A program made the position numbers and the translations under genes. DNA of 64,000 nt from Deltaproteobacteria bacterium (GTDB lineage: Bacteria > SAR324 > JACQKK01). The notes under the pieces are model-generated. The model had not been told where the DNA came from, searched no databases, and was given only the letters and a program-made list of their open reading frames with translations. The DNA lies in contig JAOUEW010000005.1 of assembly GCA_029858505.1 (NCBI GenBank), positions 42,880 through 106,879 on the forward strand, read 5' to 3'. Below, piece after piece: positions 28,392 to 38,174 of this stretch. Position 1 is the first letter of the stretch. Each line of letters opens with the position of its first letter.

Positions 28392-29528
28392 CTATAGGTC
28401 ATTATTATGCGACTCTGCTGGCTTGGGAGGGAGGCGTTTTAACCAAGCTTGGAAAAACGTTTCCCAGTCGGCCCCGGTGGTCACGGCCATGTCTAGCACC
28501 CACAATCGCTCTGGCGTTTTCAGGCGTCCCGCCAGTTTCACCCCGTCTTTCTCTGTGGTGAGCCACAGGGGTCCGGTCTCCTCGCCAGGCGGCTCCTGCA
28601 GCCAGCCGTTCAATTGGCTCACCGCCCCCGGTCCGTAGGGGTCATGATCGGGAAAGGCCTCCAGCCGCGCCACCCTGGCCCCCAGGCCTTCCACCGTGCG
28701 GGCAACCCCCTGGGGCTGGGCCAGGGCGCACACCAGGTTCACTTGCCGCCCAGCCAAGCTTTCCGGCGGTCGGGTCTCTTTGCCATCCAGGCGCCGCAGC
28801 TGGAGGGCCTGCCAGCCAAAGGTAAACACCGGCCGCTCCAGCCCCAGCCCCGCCAGCACGGCTTTCACCCGCTTGGCCGTATCTGGGCCGCTTTTGGTGC
28901 ACACAATGGCATCGGCCCGGACCAGGGCCCCCAGGGGTTCCCGCAGCCAGCCGCAGGGCAGCAGGCGCCCGCCGCCAAATTCTCGGCTGCCATCAACCAG
29001 CAGCAGGTTCAGGTCTCGGGCCAGGGCCCGGTGCTGAAAGCCGTCATCTAACAACAGCAGCCCAGGGCGGTCCCACAGCAGGGCCAAGCGCCCGGCCTCT
29101 GCCCGGCGGCTGGAGACATACACGGGCAGGTTGGGGTCCCCCTTGGCCAGCATGGCGGGCTCATCCCCCAGCCGGGCCGGGTCGGCCAGGGCCCCTTCCC
29201 GTTCCAGGGCCCGGCTCACGCGGTCGGCTCCCCGGCGGCGGTACCCCCGGCTGATCACCGCCGACTTGATTCCAAATGCTTCCACAGTGCGGGCCAGGTG
29301 CCGCACCACGGGGGTTTTCCCGGTGCCGCCAGCCGTCAGGTTTCCCACGCTGATCACAGGAACTCCCAGGCGCTCCACGGGCAGCAGCCCGAAAGAGTAC
29401 AGGGCGTTTCGCAGGCGCACCAAACCGCCATACAACACCCCCAGGGGCCACAACATCAGGCAAACAGGGAAAGAAACAGGGGGGGACACCGGGGGAAATG
29501 CAGGGGGCGGAGATTCCGTGGAGACCAT
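28392..29528 (-). CDS. lpxK: Tetraacyldisaccharide 4'-kinase
   Basis: SVGNLTAGGTGKTP, SRGY, GDEP, LLDDGFQH, FPDH, TTEKD. Confidence 0.95.
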   Translation of the reverse strand: MVSTESPPPAFPPVSPPVSFPVCLMLWPLGVLYGGLVRLRNALYSFGLLPVERLGVPVISVGNLTAGGTGKTPVVRHLARTVEAFGIKSAVISRGYRRRGADRVSRALEREGALADPARLGDEPAMLAKGDPNLPVYVSSRRAEAGRLALLWDRPGLLLLDDGFQHRALARDLNLLLVDGSREFGGGRLLPCGWLREPLGALVRADAIVCTKSGPDTAKRVKAVLAGLGLERPVFTFGWQALQLRRLDGKETRPPESLAGRQVNLVCALAQPQGVARTVEGLGARVARLEAFPDHDPYGPGAVSQLNGWLQEPPGEETGPLWLTTEKDGVKLAGRLKTPERLWVLDMAVTTGADWETFFQAWLKRLPPKPAESHNNDL

Positions 29529-29538
29529 GAAATGGGCC

Positions 29539-31113
29539 TTATTGGTCCTGTTGGGCCGACTTGGCATCCAACCGGCTGATGAGCACGGTCACGGCGTGGG
29601 TTAGTTCGGGCATCTTGCGTAAATCCTCCCGAATGTAGGTGATGAGGATGTCGTCACGGCCATCGTTGTTCAGATCCACCACCTCAAAACGCCGGGGCGT
29701 GATGGGGAGAAAATCCCTCAGCAGCCGGTTGTGCTGGGGAGACCACGTGCCCTCTGGGCGCCCCCAGTGAATGCCCATGTTGTCTTTGTCAATCGACAAC
29801 ATCAAATCCGGAAGGTGATCGGCATTCAGGTCTCCAAAGGCCACGATGGGCTGGTGGTCGTAACGCCCCAGGGAGAACTTCACCGAATAGGTTTCCATGG
29901 CGTTGGGCTGCGTGGGATAGCGCTTGTTTTTTCCCATGAAAAAGTAAGAGGCTTCCGCGCTCATGGTGCGGCTGATCAGCCCCTTTACCGCGTTCCAAAA
30001 ACTGATGTCCACGTTCACCACCACCAGGTCCACCAAGCCGTCGGCGTTGTTGTCGTTCAGCAGGGGCAGAGAGAACCCCTCTGACAAAAACACTTGATCG
30101 GGCTTCTGGACAAACTTCAAAGAGGGAGTGTCTCCCGGAGCCGCCTGGCCGTAATACACCAGGGTGCGGGTGTTCGACTTAAACGCCGAATCGGTGGGGG
30201 CCGTTTTGGTAAACACCAGGTCCACCAAGCCGTCTCCGTTCAAGTCACGGGCATCGTGCAGCCACAACGGAGGGTCTAAGGGCTGGTTGCGGTCGAAAGG
30301 CTTGGGCGGAGAAAGGTCCAGGCGGATGGCCGGATTGGCGCGCCCCTGGGGGGTGGGGCCCATCATGTAACCCAGCAACAGGTTGTCGTTAAACACCAAC
30401 ACATCCTTCCAGCCATTTTTATCCAGGTCCACCAAGCGGACATCCGACATATCCCAGGCCAGAATGCGGGAGTTGAACAGGGTCATCACCCAGTTGGTGG
30501 GGTGGGTGGGCAGCCGCGCCTGGGTCATCCACTTTCCATGGGCATCCTGGGCGGCCACCGTGATTTCATCAAACCCAGGAATCAGCAATTCGTCTTGGCC
30601 GTCTCCGTTCAGGTCATACACCCACCGAATTTCAGTTTTCAGTTCTCCCGCCGCCACCGGGAACAGGCTGTTCACCGCCAAGGTTTTTTTGGTTTTTTCA
30701 TCGAAGCGGTCTTTTTCCCAGGGCCAAATTTCTACCCGCCCGGGAACCAGCAGGGCCAGGGCTGCCCCCTGTTTCAGGCGCATCACCCCCACCATCATGG
30801 TTTGAGAGGGAATCCCCACCGATTGGCTGCGTTCAGGAAACCCCCCGGCCGACTGAAACGCCGTCGAGACAAAATAACGGGGCACCCGGCGGGTGCGGTC
30901 GACCTCTACCACCACCAAATCCTTCAGACCGTCCCCCGACACGTCCGCCGCCAGCACCTCGGCCAGTTCCCGCTCGACCGTAAGGGTATACCGAGAAAAC
31001 CCATCGGCCCGTTGGGCCAGGGCCTGCCCCCCACAAAGACATACCCCCCCCACCAGACCCGCCCCCAGGACCAGTCTGTAAAAAATCTGCTTTGGGAGGG
31101 AAATTTCAAACAT
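29539..31113 (-). CDS. Secreted FG-GAP/VCBS repeat protein
   Basis: Signal peptide plus seven DxxxDGxxD-type repeats (DVSGDGLKDL, DLNGDGQDEL, DLNGDGLVDL, DLNNDGRDDI, etc.). Confidence 0.85.
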   Translation of the reverse strand: MFEISLPKQIFYRLVLGAGLVGGVCLCGGQALAQRADGFSRYTLTVERELAEVLAADVSGDGLKDLVVVEVDRTRRVPRYFVSTAFQSAGGFPERSQSVGIPSQTMMVGVMRLKQGAALALLVPGRVEIWPWEKDRFDEKTKKTLAVNSLFPVAAGELKTEIRWVYDLNGDGQDELLIPGFDEITVAAQDAHGKWMTQARLPTHPTNWVMTLFNSRILAWDMSDVRLVDLDKNGWKDVLVFNDNLLLGYMMGPTPQGRANPAIRLDLSPPKPFDRNQPLDPPLWLHDARDLNGDGLVDLVFTKTAPTDSAFKSNTRTLVYYGQAAPGDTPSLKFVQKPDQVFLSEGFSLPLLNDNNADGLVDLVVVNVDISFWNAVKGLISRTMSAEASYFFMGKNKRYPTQPNAMETYSVKFSLGRYDHQPIVAFGDLNADHLPDLMLSIDKDNMGIHWGRPEGTWSPQHNRLLRDFLPITPRRFEVVDLNNDGRDDILITYIREDLRKMPELTHAVTVLISRLDAKSAQQDQ

Positions 31114-31315
31114 GGCCGCCCCGGAGAAGGAACCGTTTCAAACGTTTGTGGTGATTTACTATGGGGATTTGTCCGAAAAATGTAAAGTTTTGGTCGTGCA
31201 CTGGCTAAGAGATCATCCCTTTTTCTTCTGGCACCGCCTTGACGGAACATTGGCCTTTCCCTCATGATGGTTCAACGTGTATTCGCTCTACATCGCCGTC
31301 TTTTCAGGGGTGACC

Positions 31316-32530
31316 ATGACCGCCAAAGGCAGCTCCCGTTTCAAATCTGGTCGGGTTTGGCTGGTCACCTTGGCCGCCCTGCTGGCCCTGGGGGGGTGTG
31401 CCGATAAAACCGGGTGGGTGCCGGTCTCTAACCCCGGCTTGATGGCCTGGAGCGATGACGGAGACCGGGCCGGGCTAGAATTCGCGGTTCTTCAATCTAT
31501 TCAATATTATCGGAAAATCCCCCCTGCCACCAAATTTCAGATTGGCCCAGACACCTACACCGCCGAAGAAATGGCGCTGTCGCTGGAGTTGTTTTTGGCC
31601 ATCCTGAGAGAATCCCCCGACACGGCCACCTTTCAGGCCCGCCTGGGCCAAAAGTTCAAAGTGGTCGAAACCCGCCGGGAAGAAGGCGACAACCTGCTCA
31701 CTGGCTATTACGCGCCATCCATTCCAGGCTCCCGAAAACCCACGGCTGAATTCAACACCCCCCTGCTGGCCCGCCCCGACAACCTGCTGGTGGTTGATTT
31801 GGAAAAGTTTGGGGTGGAAACCACCCCCCGCCGCTCACTGGTGGGGCGGGTGGAGGGCAACCGGATCACCCCCTTTTTCACCCGCAAGGAAATTCAGGAA
31901 AAAAACGTGCTGAAGGACCAAGCCAAGGTGCTGGCCTGGGTCCGCCCCTTGGATTTGTATTTTCTGCAAATCCAAGGATCCGGGGTCATTCAATTCCCCG
32001 ATGGCTCGCGCTTGGTGGCGGGCTACGACGTGAGCAACGGGCACCCCTACCGCAACATCGGACAAGTGTTGATCAACCGAGAGGTCATCACTCGAGAGGA
32101 AATGTCCATGCAGGCCATCCGGGCCTATCTGGAGGCCAACCCCAAACAAATGCACGGCATTCTGAACAAAAACCCCAGCTATGTGTTCTTTCGTGAGTTA
32201 AAGGGAAGCCCCCTGGGCAACATTCAGGTGCCCCTCACCCCCCTGCGCTCGGTGGCCATGGATGACAAACTCATCCCCAAGGGCGCCCTGGTGTACGTGG
32301 ACACCGAAGTTCCCTCGCCCAACGCCCCCGACCAGCGCCCCCGGATGCGCCGCTTCATGCTGATTCAGGATACCGGCGGGGCCATCCGCGGCCATGGCCG
32401 GGCCGATGTGTATTGGGGAGAGGGCGACCAGGCCGAACTGATGGCTGGTCACATGCGGCACCCTGGGCGGCTGTTTGTGGTGGTGGCTCGCCGGGAGTAC
32501 CTCAAACCCTCCGTGGTTCACAATCCTTAA
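31316..32530 (+). CDS. mltA: Membrane-bound lytic murein transglycosylase A (lipoprotein)
   Basis: Lipobox LGGC, TGYY, FLQIQGSG, NPSYVFF, QDTGGAIRG..DVYWG (3D domain). Confidence 0.95.
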   Translation: MTAKGSSRFKSGRVWLVTLAALLALGGCADKTGWVPVSNPGLMAWSDDGDRAGLEFAVLQSIQYYRKIPPATKFQIGPDTYTAEEMALSLELFLAILRESPDTATFQARLGQKFKVVETRREEGDNLLTGYYAPSIPGSRKPTAEFNTPLLARPDNLLVVDLEKFGVETTPRRSLVGRVEGNRITPFFTRKEIQEKNVLKDQAKVLAWVRPLDLYFLQIQGSGVIQFPDGSRLVAGYDVSNGHPYRNIGQVLINREVITREEMSMQAIRAYLEANPKQMHGILNKNPSYVFFRELKGSPLGNIQVPLTPLRSVAMDDKLIPKGALVYVDTEVPSPNAPDQRPRMRRFMLIQDTGGAIRGHGRADVYWGEGDQAELMAGHMRHPGRLFVVVARREYLKPSVVHNP

Positions 32531-32535
32531 CACTC

Positions 32536-32570
32536 AAGGGGGGCTTCGCCCCCCAAGCCCCCCTTATTTT
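32536..32570 (+). terminator. Hairpin terminator after mltA
   Basis: AAGGGGGGCTT / AAGCCCCCCTT 11-bp stem followed by ATTTT. Confidence 0.7.
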
Positions 32571-32875
32571 TCACGGTAAATTCCCAGGTGGTCGGAATGA
32601 TGGAAGTAAAGGTGCTCCCCCGACTTGCCCAATTGTAGCACAACGTCTTGGGGGTCGCCCTGAAGGTTCTTATTTTTTACGGTATTTTGAGCGTGCTGGC
32701 CAGCTGTCGCCGAACGGTGTTCCAGCCCCCGCCCAGGGAATTCCCCCGTGTAGTGGGGGTTCTTCAGCGTGTTCTGAGCGTGTTCGTCCGCAGTTGCTGA
32801 ACGGTGCTCCACCCCCTGGCCGGGGAAGGTGCCGTCGAATATAAAAGGCCGGTAATAAATACCGGCCTTTTTCAA
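32564..32875 (-). pseudogene. Rhs-family protein fragment (pre-core segment ending YFHHSDHLG)
   Basis: EHLYFHHSDHLG matches the YxHxDHLG motif that opens the Rhs-associated core; the frame ends 5 codons later; 236 bp are duplicated at 33709-33944. Confidence 0.65.
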
Positions 32876-33944
32876 TCAAAGTTACTTTGCGATTTCAAAT
32901 TTCAGCCTGACATAACCAGTGCCTTTCACCAGGGTAAGATATAAATAATTTCCATGCACTTCATAGTCAAGGATTTTTACTTTCCCTTTTTCCTTGTGCT
33001 TCCACTCAGTTCTATCGGGGAAATATGATTTATACTCATCCCAGTTCCAATAAAATTTGATCGGTTTTTTATAAGTTTTTGAAAAGGCCGTGCCAAAATA
33101 AAAAACACGGTCACTTTTCATATCTTCAGAAAGATAAATGTCCCGCTTCTCATCGTAATAAGCCAAATTAAAAATGGCTGGCGACTCACTCTTGTCCGAT
33201 TCTCGAAAAAATTTAATGTATACATAATATGAATCTCTGATTACCCTCCTGACTTGCACAGTAATAGTAAATATATCTTTTGAGTAACCACTTGGTTCAT
33301 ACTGCAAATACTCGTTAAATTCCATGTCTGCGAGTTTCCACTTTTTTTCCGTGGCATACCGGTAATAAATTGCGGCTTCTTTTTCATTAAAATACAATAC
33401 GGTCACAGCAACATTAGGGGAAGCACCCTCCCCCAAATCCCATTCATCAACTGTAATTTTATTAAACGTTTCTTTGTATTTCTGTGGGATATCTATTTCC
33501 ACCTCGTCATAATAAAATCGATCCCCTTTTTTTTGAATAGATTTCCCAATTTCATCCTGGCCCCATATAGGGGTGGAAATAAATAGTATGCAAAAAACCA
33601 CTCCCCACATCACTACCGTGCTGGATGTTTTATATTTTTGCATTACTTGACTCCTTTCTTAAATACATTTCCGCCACTTATAACGCCCGTGTCTTTAAAG
33701 CCTTTTATGTCAGAATGGTGGAAGTAGAGGTGCTCCCCCGACTTGCCCAATTGTAGCACAACGTCTTGAGAGTCGCCCTGAAGGTTCTTATTTTTTACGG
33801 TATTTTGAGCGTGCTGGCCAGCTGTCGCCGAACGGTGTTCCAGCCCCCGCCCAGGGAATTCCCCCGTATAGTGGGGGTTCTTCAGCGTGTTCTGAGCGTG
33901 TTCGTCCGCAGTTGCTGAACGGTGCTCCAGGCCTTGGCCGGGGA
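32591..33944. repeat. 236-bp direct repeat pair (32591-32826 and 33709-33944) flanking an AT-rich gene
   Basis: Aligned by eye: 9 mismatches, offset 1118; each copy holds an internal 87-bp duplication. Confidence 0.92.
32882..33643 (-). CDS. AT-rich secreted protein, probable immunity protein
   Basis: Much lower GC than flanks, signal peptide, AGGAG RBS, TAATG overlap with the upstream Rhs fragment. Confidence 0.75.
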   Translation of the reverse strand: MQKYKTSSTVVMWGVVFCILFISTPIWGQDEIGKSIQKKGDRFYYDEVEIDIPQKYKETFNKITVDEWDLGEGASPNVAVTVLYFNEKEAAIYYRYATEKKWKLADMEFNEYLQYEPSGYSKDIFTITVQVRRVIRDSYYVYIKFFRESDKSESPAIFNLAYYDEKRDIYLSEDMKSDRVFYFGTAFSKTYKKPIKFYWNWDEYKSYFPDRTEWKHKEKGKVKILDYEVHGNYLYLTLVKGTGYVRLKFEIAK

Positions 33945-33999
33945 GCGCACCCGTTGCTCCCCCGGCCCCCTTGCCCTTTCCATTGCCCAAACCCTGACC
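33643..33999 (-). pseudogene. Rhs-family fragment fused to a short AT-rich tail (internally deleted toxin gene)
   Basis: Same pre-core segment up to YFHHSD, then unrelated IKGFKDTGVISGGNVFKKGVK; 5' end abuts a REP-like element. Confidence 0.6.
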
Positions 34000-34127
34000 A
34001 TTGGATTCAGGCTGTTTCCCCTCCACGAAGGGGAGGGGATGCCCCGCCAGGGGCAGGGGAGGGGTGTTTTTGCCATTCCCCCATTACTTCGGGAGAGGGA
34101 CAGGCGGCACCGCCGCCGGGGGTGAGG
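34000..34127. repeat. REP-like heads (A reverse plus a B-like variant)
   Basis: TTTCCCCTCCACGAAGGGGAGGGGATGCCCCGCCAGGGGCAGGGGAGGGGTG and GGGAGAGGGACAGGCGGCACCGCCGCC. Confidence 0.85.
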
Positions 34128-34267
34128 TCCTTCTTCGCTTTTCCTTTGTCTGGGTTTGCAGAATACGCCGCCGAGCCCTGGCATTTCCCCCGTGCGTGTT
34201 CGGGTGTATGCTTTGAAGGGCCCACGGGCCCTGAACGCCCTCGCCCACCCTCCATATCAGACCCCCC

Positions 34268-35266
34268 ATGACACCCACCACCAAACCCTTTGGAACCACC
34301 GGCCAGCAAGTATCGTCCATGGGTCTGGGTTGCATGGGCATGAGCGGTACCTACGGCCGCAGCGCCGATGAGGACGCCATCCGCACCCTGCACCGCTCGC
34401 TGGAGATGGGCTGCACCTTTCTGGATACCGCCGACGTGTACGGCAGCGGGCACAACGAACAACTGCTGGGGCGGGCCATTGCGGGCAAACGGTCCCAGGT
34501 GTTTCTGGCCACCAAGTTTGGGTTGAGCGGCATATCCAACAGCCCCGGCCTGCTAACGGTGAACGGCCGTCCGGAATACGCCCAGGCCGCCTGCGAGGCC
34601 AGCCTGAAGCGCCTGCAGGTAGACGTGATTGATCTGTATTACCTGCACCGGCTAGACAAAACCGTGCCCATCGAAGAAACCGTGGGGGCCATGGGCCGCT
34701 TGGTGGAACAGGGCAAGGTTCGCTACCTGGGCCTGTCGGAGGTCTCTGCCGCCACTCTGGAGCGGGCCCACCGCGCCCACCCCATCGCCGCCCTTCAATC
34801 GGAATACTCCCTGTGGTGGACGGAACCTGAAGCGGGTGCGCTGCCCGCCTGCCGCAAACTGGGCGTGGCCTTTGTGGCCTATTCGCCCCTGGGGCGGGGC
34901 ATGCTGGCGGGGAAAATCCAATCCCCCACGGAACTCGACGAAAAAGACTGGCGGCGGGTTGGCCCCCGTTTTCAGGCCGGGGCCTTCGAGCACAACCTTC
35001 AGCTCACCCAAGCCGTCAGCCGCATGGCCGCCCGCAAGGGGGTCTCTCCGGGCCAGATCGCCCTGGCCTGGCTGCTGCACGAAGGCCCAGAGGTGTTCCC
35101 CATTCCCGGCACCAAGCGCATCGCCTACCTGGAAGAAAACTGGCAGGCCCTGAACCTGACCCTAACCCCCGAAGACCGCCAAGAGTTGCGAGACATCATG
35201 GGTGCCGTGGAGATTCAGGGCCACCGTTACCCAGAACGAGCCGCCCAACTGATTGACCAGGGGTAG
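34268..35266 (+). CDS. Aldo/keto reductase
   Basis: GLGCMGMS, DTADVYG, ATKFG, IDLYYLHR, LQSEYSL, YSPLGRG, IPGTKR. Confidence 0.95.
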   Translation: MTPTTKPFGTTGQQVSSMGLGCMGMSGTYGRSADEDAIRTLHRSLEMGCTFLDTADVYGSGHNEQLLGRAIAGKRSQVFLATKFGLSGISNSPGLLTVNGRPEYAQAACEASLKRLQVDVIDLYYLHRLDKTVPIEETVGAMGRLVEQGKVRYLGLSEVSAATLERAHRAHPIAALQSEYSLWWTEPEAGALPACRKLGVAFVAYSPLGRGMLAGKIQSPTELDEKDWRRVGPRFQAGAFEHNLQLTQAVSRMAARKGVSPGQIALAWLLHEGPEVFPIPGTKRIAYLEENWQALNLTLTPEDRQELRDIMGAVEIQGHRYPERAAQLIDQG

Positions 35267-35510
35267 GGGAACAGCGTGTAGCCAAACAGTGACGCGCTTG
35301 CATCCGTTTAGTTTGCGCCAACCGAACGGATGTATTGAATCACCAAAGGATTCGAGCCTTGCCCCTCTCCTTCGGGGAAGGGCAACCGCCCGCAGGGCGG
35401 TGGGGAGGGGTGTTGTAGGGAACAGCGTGAAGCCAAACAGTGACGCGCTTGCATCCGTTTAGTTTGCGCCAACCGAACGGTTGTATTGAATCACCAATGG
35501 ATTCGAGCCT
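35267..35510. repeat. REP/REPIN-like element: 93-bp linker duplicated around a variant head
   Basis: 35267-35359 repeated at 35418-35510 (period 151), both ending GGATTCGAG; the middle head ends GGGGAGGGGTGTTG. Confidence 0.85.
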
Positions 35511-35577
35511 CGCCCATTGGGCGGTGGGGTGTCGTGGGGGGGCCAGGGGGCTTCGCTCCCCATAAAATCATCATCAA

Positions 35578-36534
35578 ATGAACTGGCTAAATCCCATGAA
35601 CTTGGTTTCCCATCGCCATCACCAACTTCACCGCATGATCGCCCTGCTGGCAACCCTGTTGGGCCTGGGAGCTTTCTCTGCCCTGGCGGCGGAACCCCCG
35701 CCCATTCCCGTGCTGGCGTCCATTCCTCCCCTGGCGGCCATGGCGCGGGCGGTGGGTGGCGACCGGGTGACGGTGGAAGTGCTGATTCCTCCTGGGCAAA
35801 ACGACCATACCTATTCCCTCACCCCCGCCCAGGCCCGGCGCTTTTCCTCCGCCCGCATGTTGGCCGCCGTGGGGCTGGGCTACGAATTCTGGGCCCCCCG
35901 CATGGTGGCCAATGCCAACAACCCCCGGCTGGTGGTGGTGTACGCCGGAGAGGGGCTGCCCGGCGGGCCCCAGTCATGGCATCATGAAGAGCACGAGGGA
36001 GAGGCCCACGACGAAGCCGAGGAGGGAGACATCCGCCACAACCCCCATGTGTGGGTAGACCCGGTATGGGCGGGAATCATGGCCGAGCGGATTGCCGATG
36101 GGCTGGCCAAGGCCGACCCCCCCCACGCCCAAGAATACCACCAGCGGCTGCGGGTGTTTCAACAAGAAACCGCCCAGTTGCACCAAGAATACAAACAGGC
36201 CCTGGCCCCCTTGAAGGGGCGTCCCCTGGTGGTGTACCACGCCAGCTTTGCCCACTTGGCCCACCGCTACGGAATGCCTTTGATTGCCGTGGTGGAAGGG
36301 GGCCACGAGCAAGAACCCACCCCCGCCCAAATGGCCCGGGCCATTCAAGCCGGGCGGGCCGCCGGGGTAAAGGCCGTGTTTTCCGAGCCCCAGTTCCCCC
36401 CCCAGGCGGTCCGCCTGCTGGCCAAAGAAATGGGCGCCGAAGTGCTGACCCTGGACGTGCTGGGGGGAGCGGAGGAAACCTACCCCGCCCTGATGCGGAG
36501 AAACCTGGCGGCCATAACGAAAGGACTACGATGA
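35578..36534 (+). CDS. znuA: Zn/Mn ABC transporter substrate-binding protein
   Basis: DHTY, His/Glu-rich loop, NPHVW, YHASF; true start may be 35596 or 35635. Confidence 0.88.
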   Translation: MNWLNPMNLVSHRHHQLHRMIALLATLLGLGAFSALAAEPPPIPVLASIPPLAAMARAVGGDRVTVEVLIPPGQNDHTYSLTPAQARRFSSARMLAAVGLGYEFWAPRMVANANNPRLVVVYAGEGLPGGPQSWHHEEHEGEAHDEAEEGDIRHNPHVWVDPVWAGIMAERIADGLAKADPPHAQEYHQRLRVFQQETAQLHQEYKQALAPLKGRPLVVYHASFAHLAHRYGMPLIAVVEGGHEQEPTPAQMARAIQAGRAAGVKAVFSEPQFPPQAVRLLAKEMGAEVLTLDVLGGAEETYPALMRRNLAAITKGLR

Positions 36535-37307
36535 GCCCCACCGTCACACCGGTAGACATTCGAGACCTGACCGTTACCCTGGGGGGCTTGGCGGTGCTAG
36601 ACAACGTGAGCCTGACCATTGCCCAGGGAGAATTCCTGGCCCTGCTGGGCCCAAACGGCGCGGGAAAGTCTACCCTGCTCAAGGTCATTGGCGGGCTGCT
36701 GACCCCAGACTCCGGGAGCGTGCGGGTGTTTGGCCGAGAACCCGGCCGCCCCGGCACCAACCCCGTGGGCTACATGCCCCAGGCGGGGGCCATCAATCCC
36801 CGCTTTCCCATCTCGGCCAGGGGGGTGGTAATGATGGGCCGCTACCCAGCCCTGGGGCCGGGGCGCTACCCCAGATCCGCCGACCGGGCCGCCGTGGCCC
36901 AGGCCCTCTCCGCCGTGGGGGCCGAAAACCTGGCCACCAAGCCCCTGGCCAAGTTGTCCGGGGGGCAGCGCCAGCGGGTGTTTTTGGCCCGGGCCCTGGT
37001 GAACAACCCGGACCTGCTGCTGCTGGATGAACCCACCGCCGGCATGGACACCCAGGCCGTGGAACAATTCTACTCCCTCATCCGCGGCCTGCGAGACCAG
37101 GGCAAGGCCGTGGTGGTGGTGTCTCACGACATTGGGGTGGTGGCCCCCCAGGTGGACCGGGTGGCCTGCCTGAACCGCCGCTTGGTGGCCCACGGCCTGC
37201 CCGGCCAGGTGCTGGACCAACACGTGTTAGAAAGCATGTACGGCTGCGACGCCATGCTGTTCACCCATGGAGACCACCCCCACATGGTGGTGAACAGGCA
37301 CAAATGA
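36531..37307 (+). CDS. znuC: Zn/Mn ABC transporter ATPase
   Basis: GPNGAGKST, LSGGQRQR, LLLDEPT, VSHD; ATGA overlap with znuA. Confidence 0.92.
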   Translation: MSPTVTPVDIRDLTVTLGGLAVLDNVSLTIAQGEFLALLGPNGAGKSTLLKVIGGLLTPDSGSVRVFGREPGRPGTNPVGYMPQAGAINPRFPISARGVVMMGRYPALGPGRYPRSADRAAVAQALSAVGAENLATKPLAKLSGGQRQRVFLARALVNNPDLLLLDEPTAGMDTQAVEQFYSLIRGLRDQGKAVVVVSHDIGVVAPQVDRVACLNRRLVAHGLPGQVLDQHVLESMYGCDAMLFTHGDHPHMVVNRHK

Positions 37308-38167
37308 CGCCCTCCCTCTCTCTTCCCCTGGCCGCCCTTAATATTGGCCTTCCCGATGTTCTGCAATCGGGCATATTGCAATACGGGTTCATGCAGCGGG
37401 CCATGACCGCCGGGGTGCTCACCGGGGTGCTGTGCGCGGTGGTGGGGGTGTTCGTGGTGCATCGGGGCTTGAGCTTCATGGGGGCGGGCATTTCCCATGC
37501 CAGTTTTGGCGGGGTGGCCCTGGGGGCCTGGCTGGGGGTGAACCCCCTGGCGGGGGCCCTGGTGTTCTGCCTGCTGGTGGCCTGGTCCATTGGCTGGATT
37601 TCGTTGAAAACCCAGGTGCGGGAAGACACCGCCATCGGCATCTTCTTCGCCTCCACCATGGCCCTGGGCATTCTGCTGGTGGGGTACTCCCCCCCCTTGC
37701 AGCGAGAACTGCTGGCTTATTTGTTTGGCTCCATTTTGTCGGTGTCGGTGGACGACCTGGTGTTCATCTCTCTGGCGGGGGGGCTGGTGCTGGCCCTGCT
37801 GGGCTGGTTTGGCAAAGAATTGCTGTTCACCATTTTCGATCCCGACGGCGCGGTGGTGGCGGGCATTCCCGCTAACCGGTATTACTTTCTGCTCATCACC
37901 CTGGTCACCTTCACCCTGGTGATATCCATCAAGGTGGCGGGCATTGTGCTGGTGCCGGCCCTGCTGGTCACTCCCGCCGCCGCCGCCAGCCAGTTGTCGG
38001 AGCGTTTCGGAATCATCTTGTTGTTGTCCACCCTGTTTGGGCTGGCGGCCACCCTGGGGGGGCTGGTGTTGTCGTACCTGTTCAACACCCCCTCCGGCGC
38101 CACCATTGTGCTGCTCATCACGTTTTTGTTCCTGCTGGCCTCGCTCGTAGCCCGGTTACGAAAGTGA
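37304..38167 (+). CDS. znuB: Zn/Mn ABC transporter permease
   Basis: SHASFGG, REDTAIG, YLFGSIL, PSGATIV. Confidence 0.92.
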   Translation: MTPSLSLPLAALNIGLPDVLQSGILQYGFMQRAMTAGVLTGVLCAVVGVFVVHRGLSFMGAGISHASFGGVALGAWLGVNPLAGALVFCLLVAWSIGWISLKTQVREDTAIGIFFASTMALGILLVGYSPPLQRELLAYLFGSILSVSVDDLVFISLAGGLVLALLGWFGKELLFTIFDPDGAVVAGIPANRYYFLLITLVTFTLVISIKVAGIVLVPALLVTPAAAASQLSERFGIILLLSTLFGLAATLGGLVLSYLFNTPSGATIVLLITFLFLLASLVARLRK

Positions 38168-38174
38168 ACCTAGC

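Noticed and set aside
31229-31245. Sigma-54-like TGGCAC upstream of mltA
   Set aside because: The -12 GC is missing at the required spacing.
35517-35600. Zur operator upstream of znuA
   Set aside because: No convincing palindrome matching known Zur boxes was found.
36051-36530. N-terminal extension of the ABC ATPase
   Set aside because: Overlaps znuA out of frame; the ATGA-coupled start at 36531 is more plausible.
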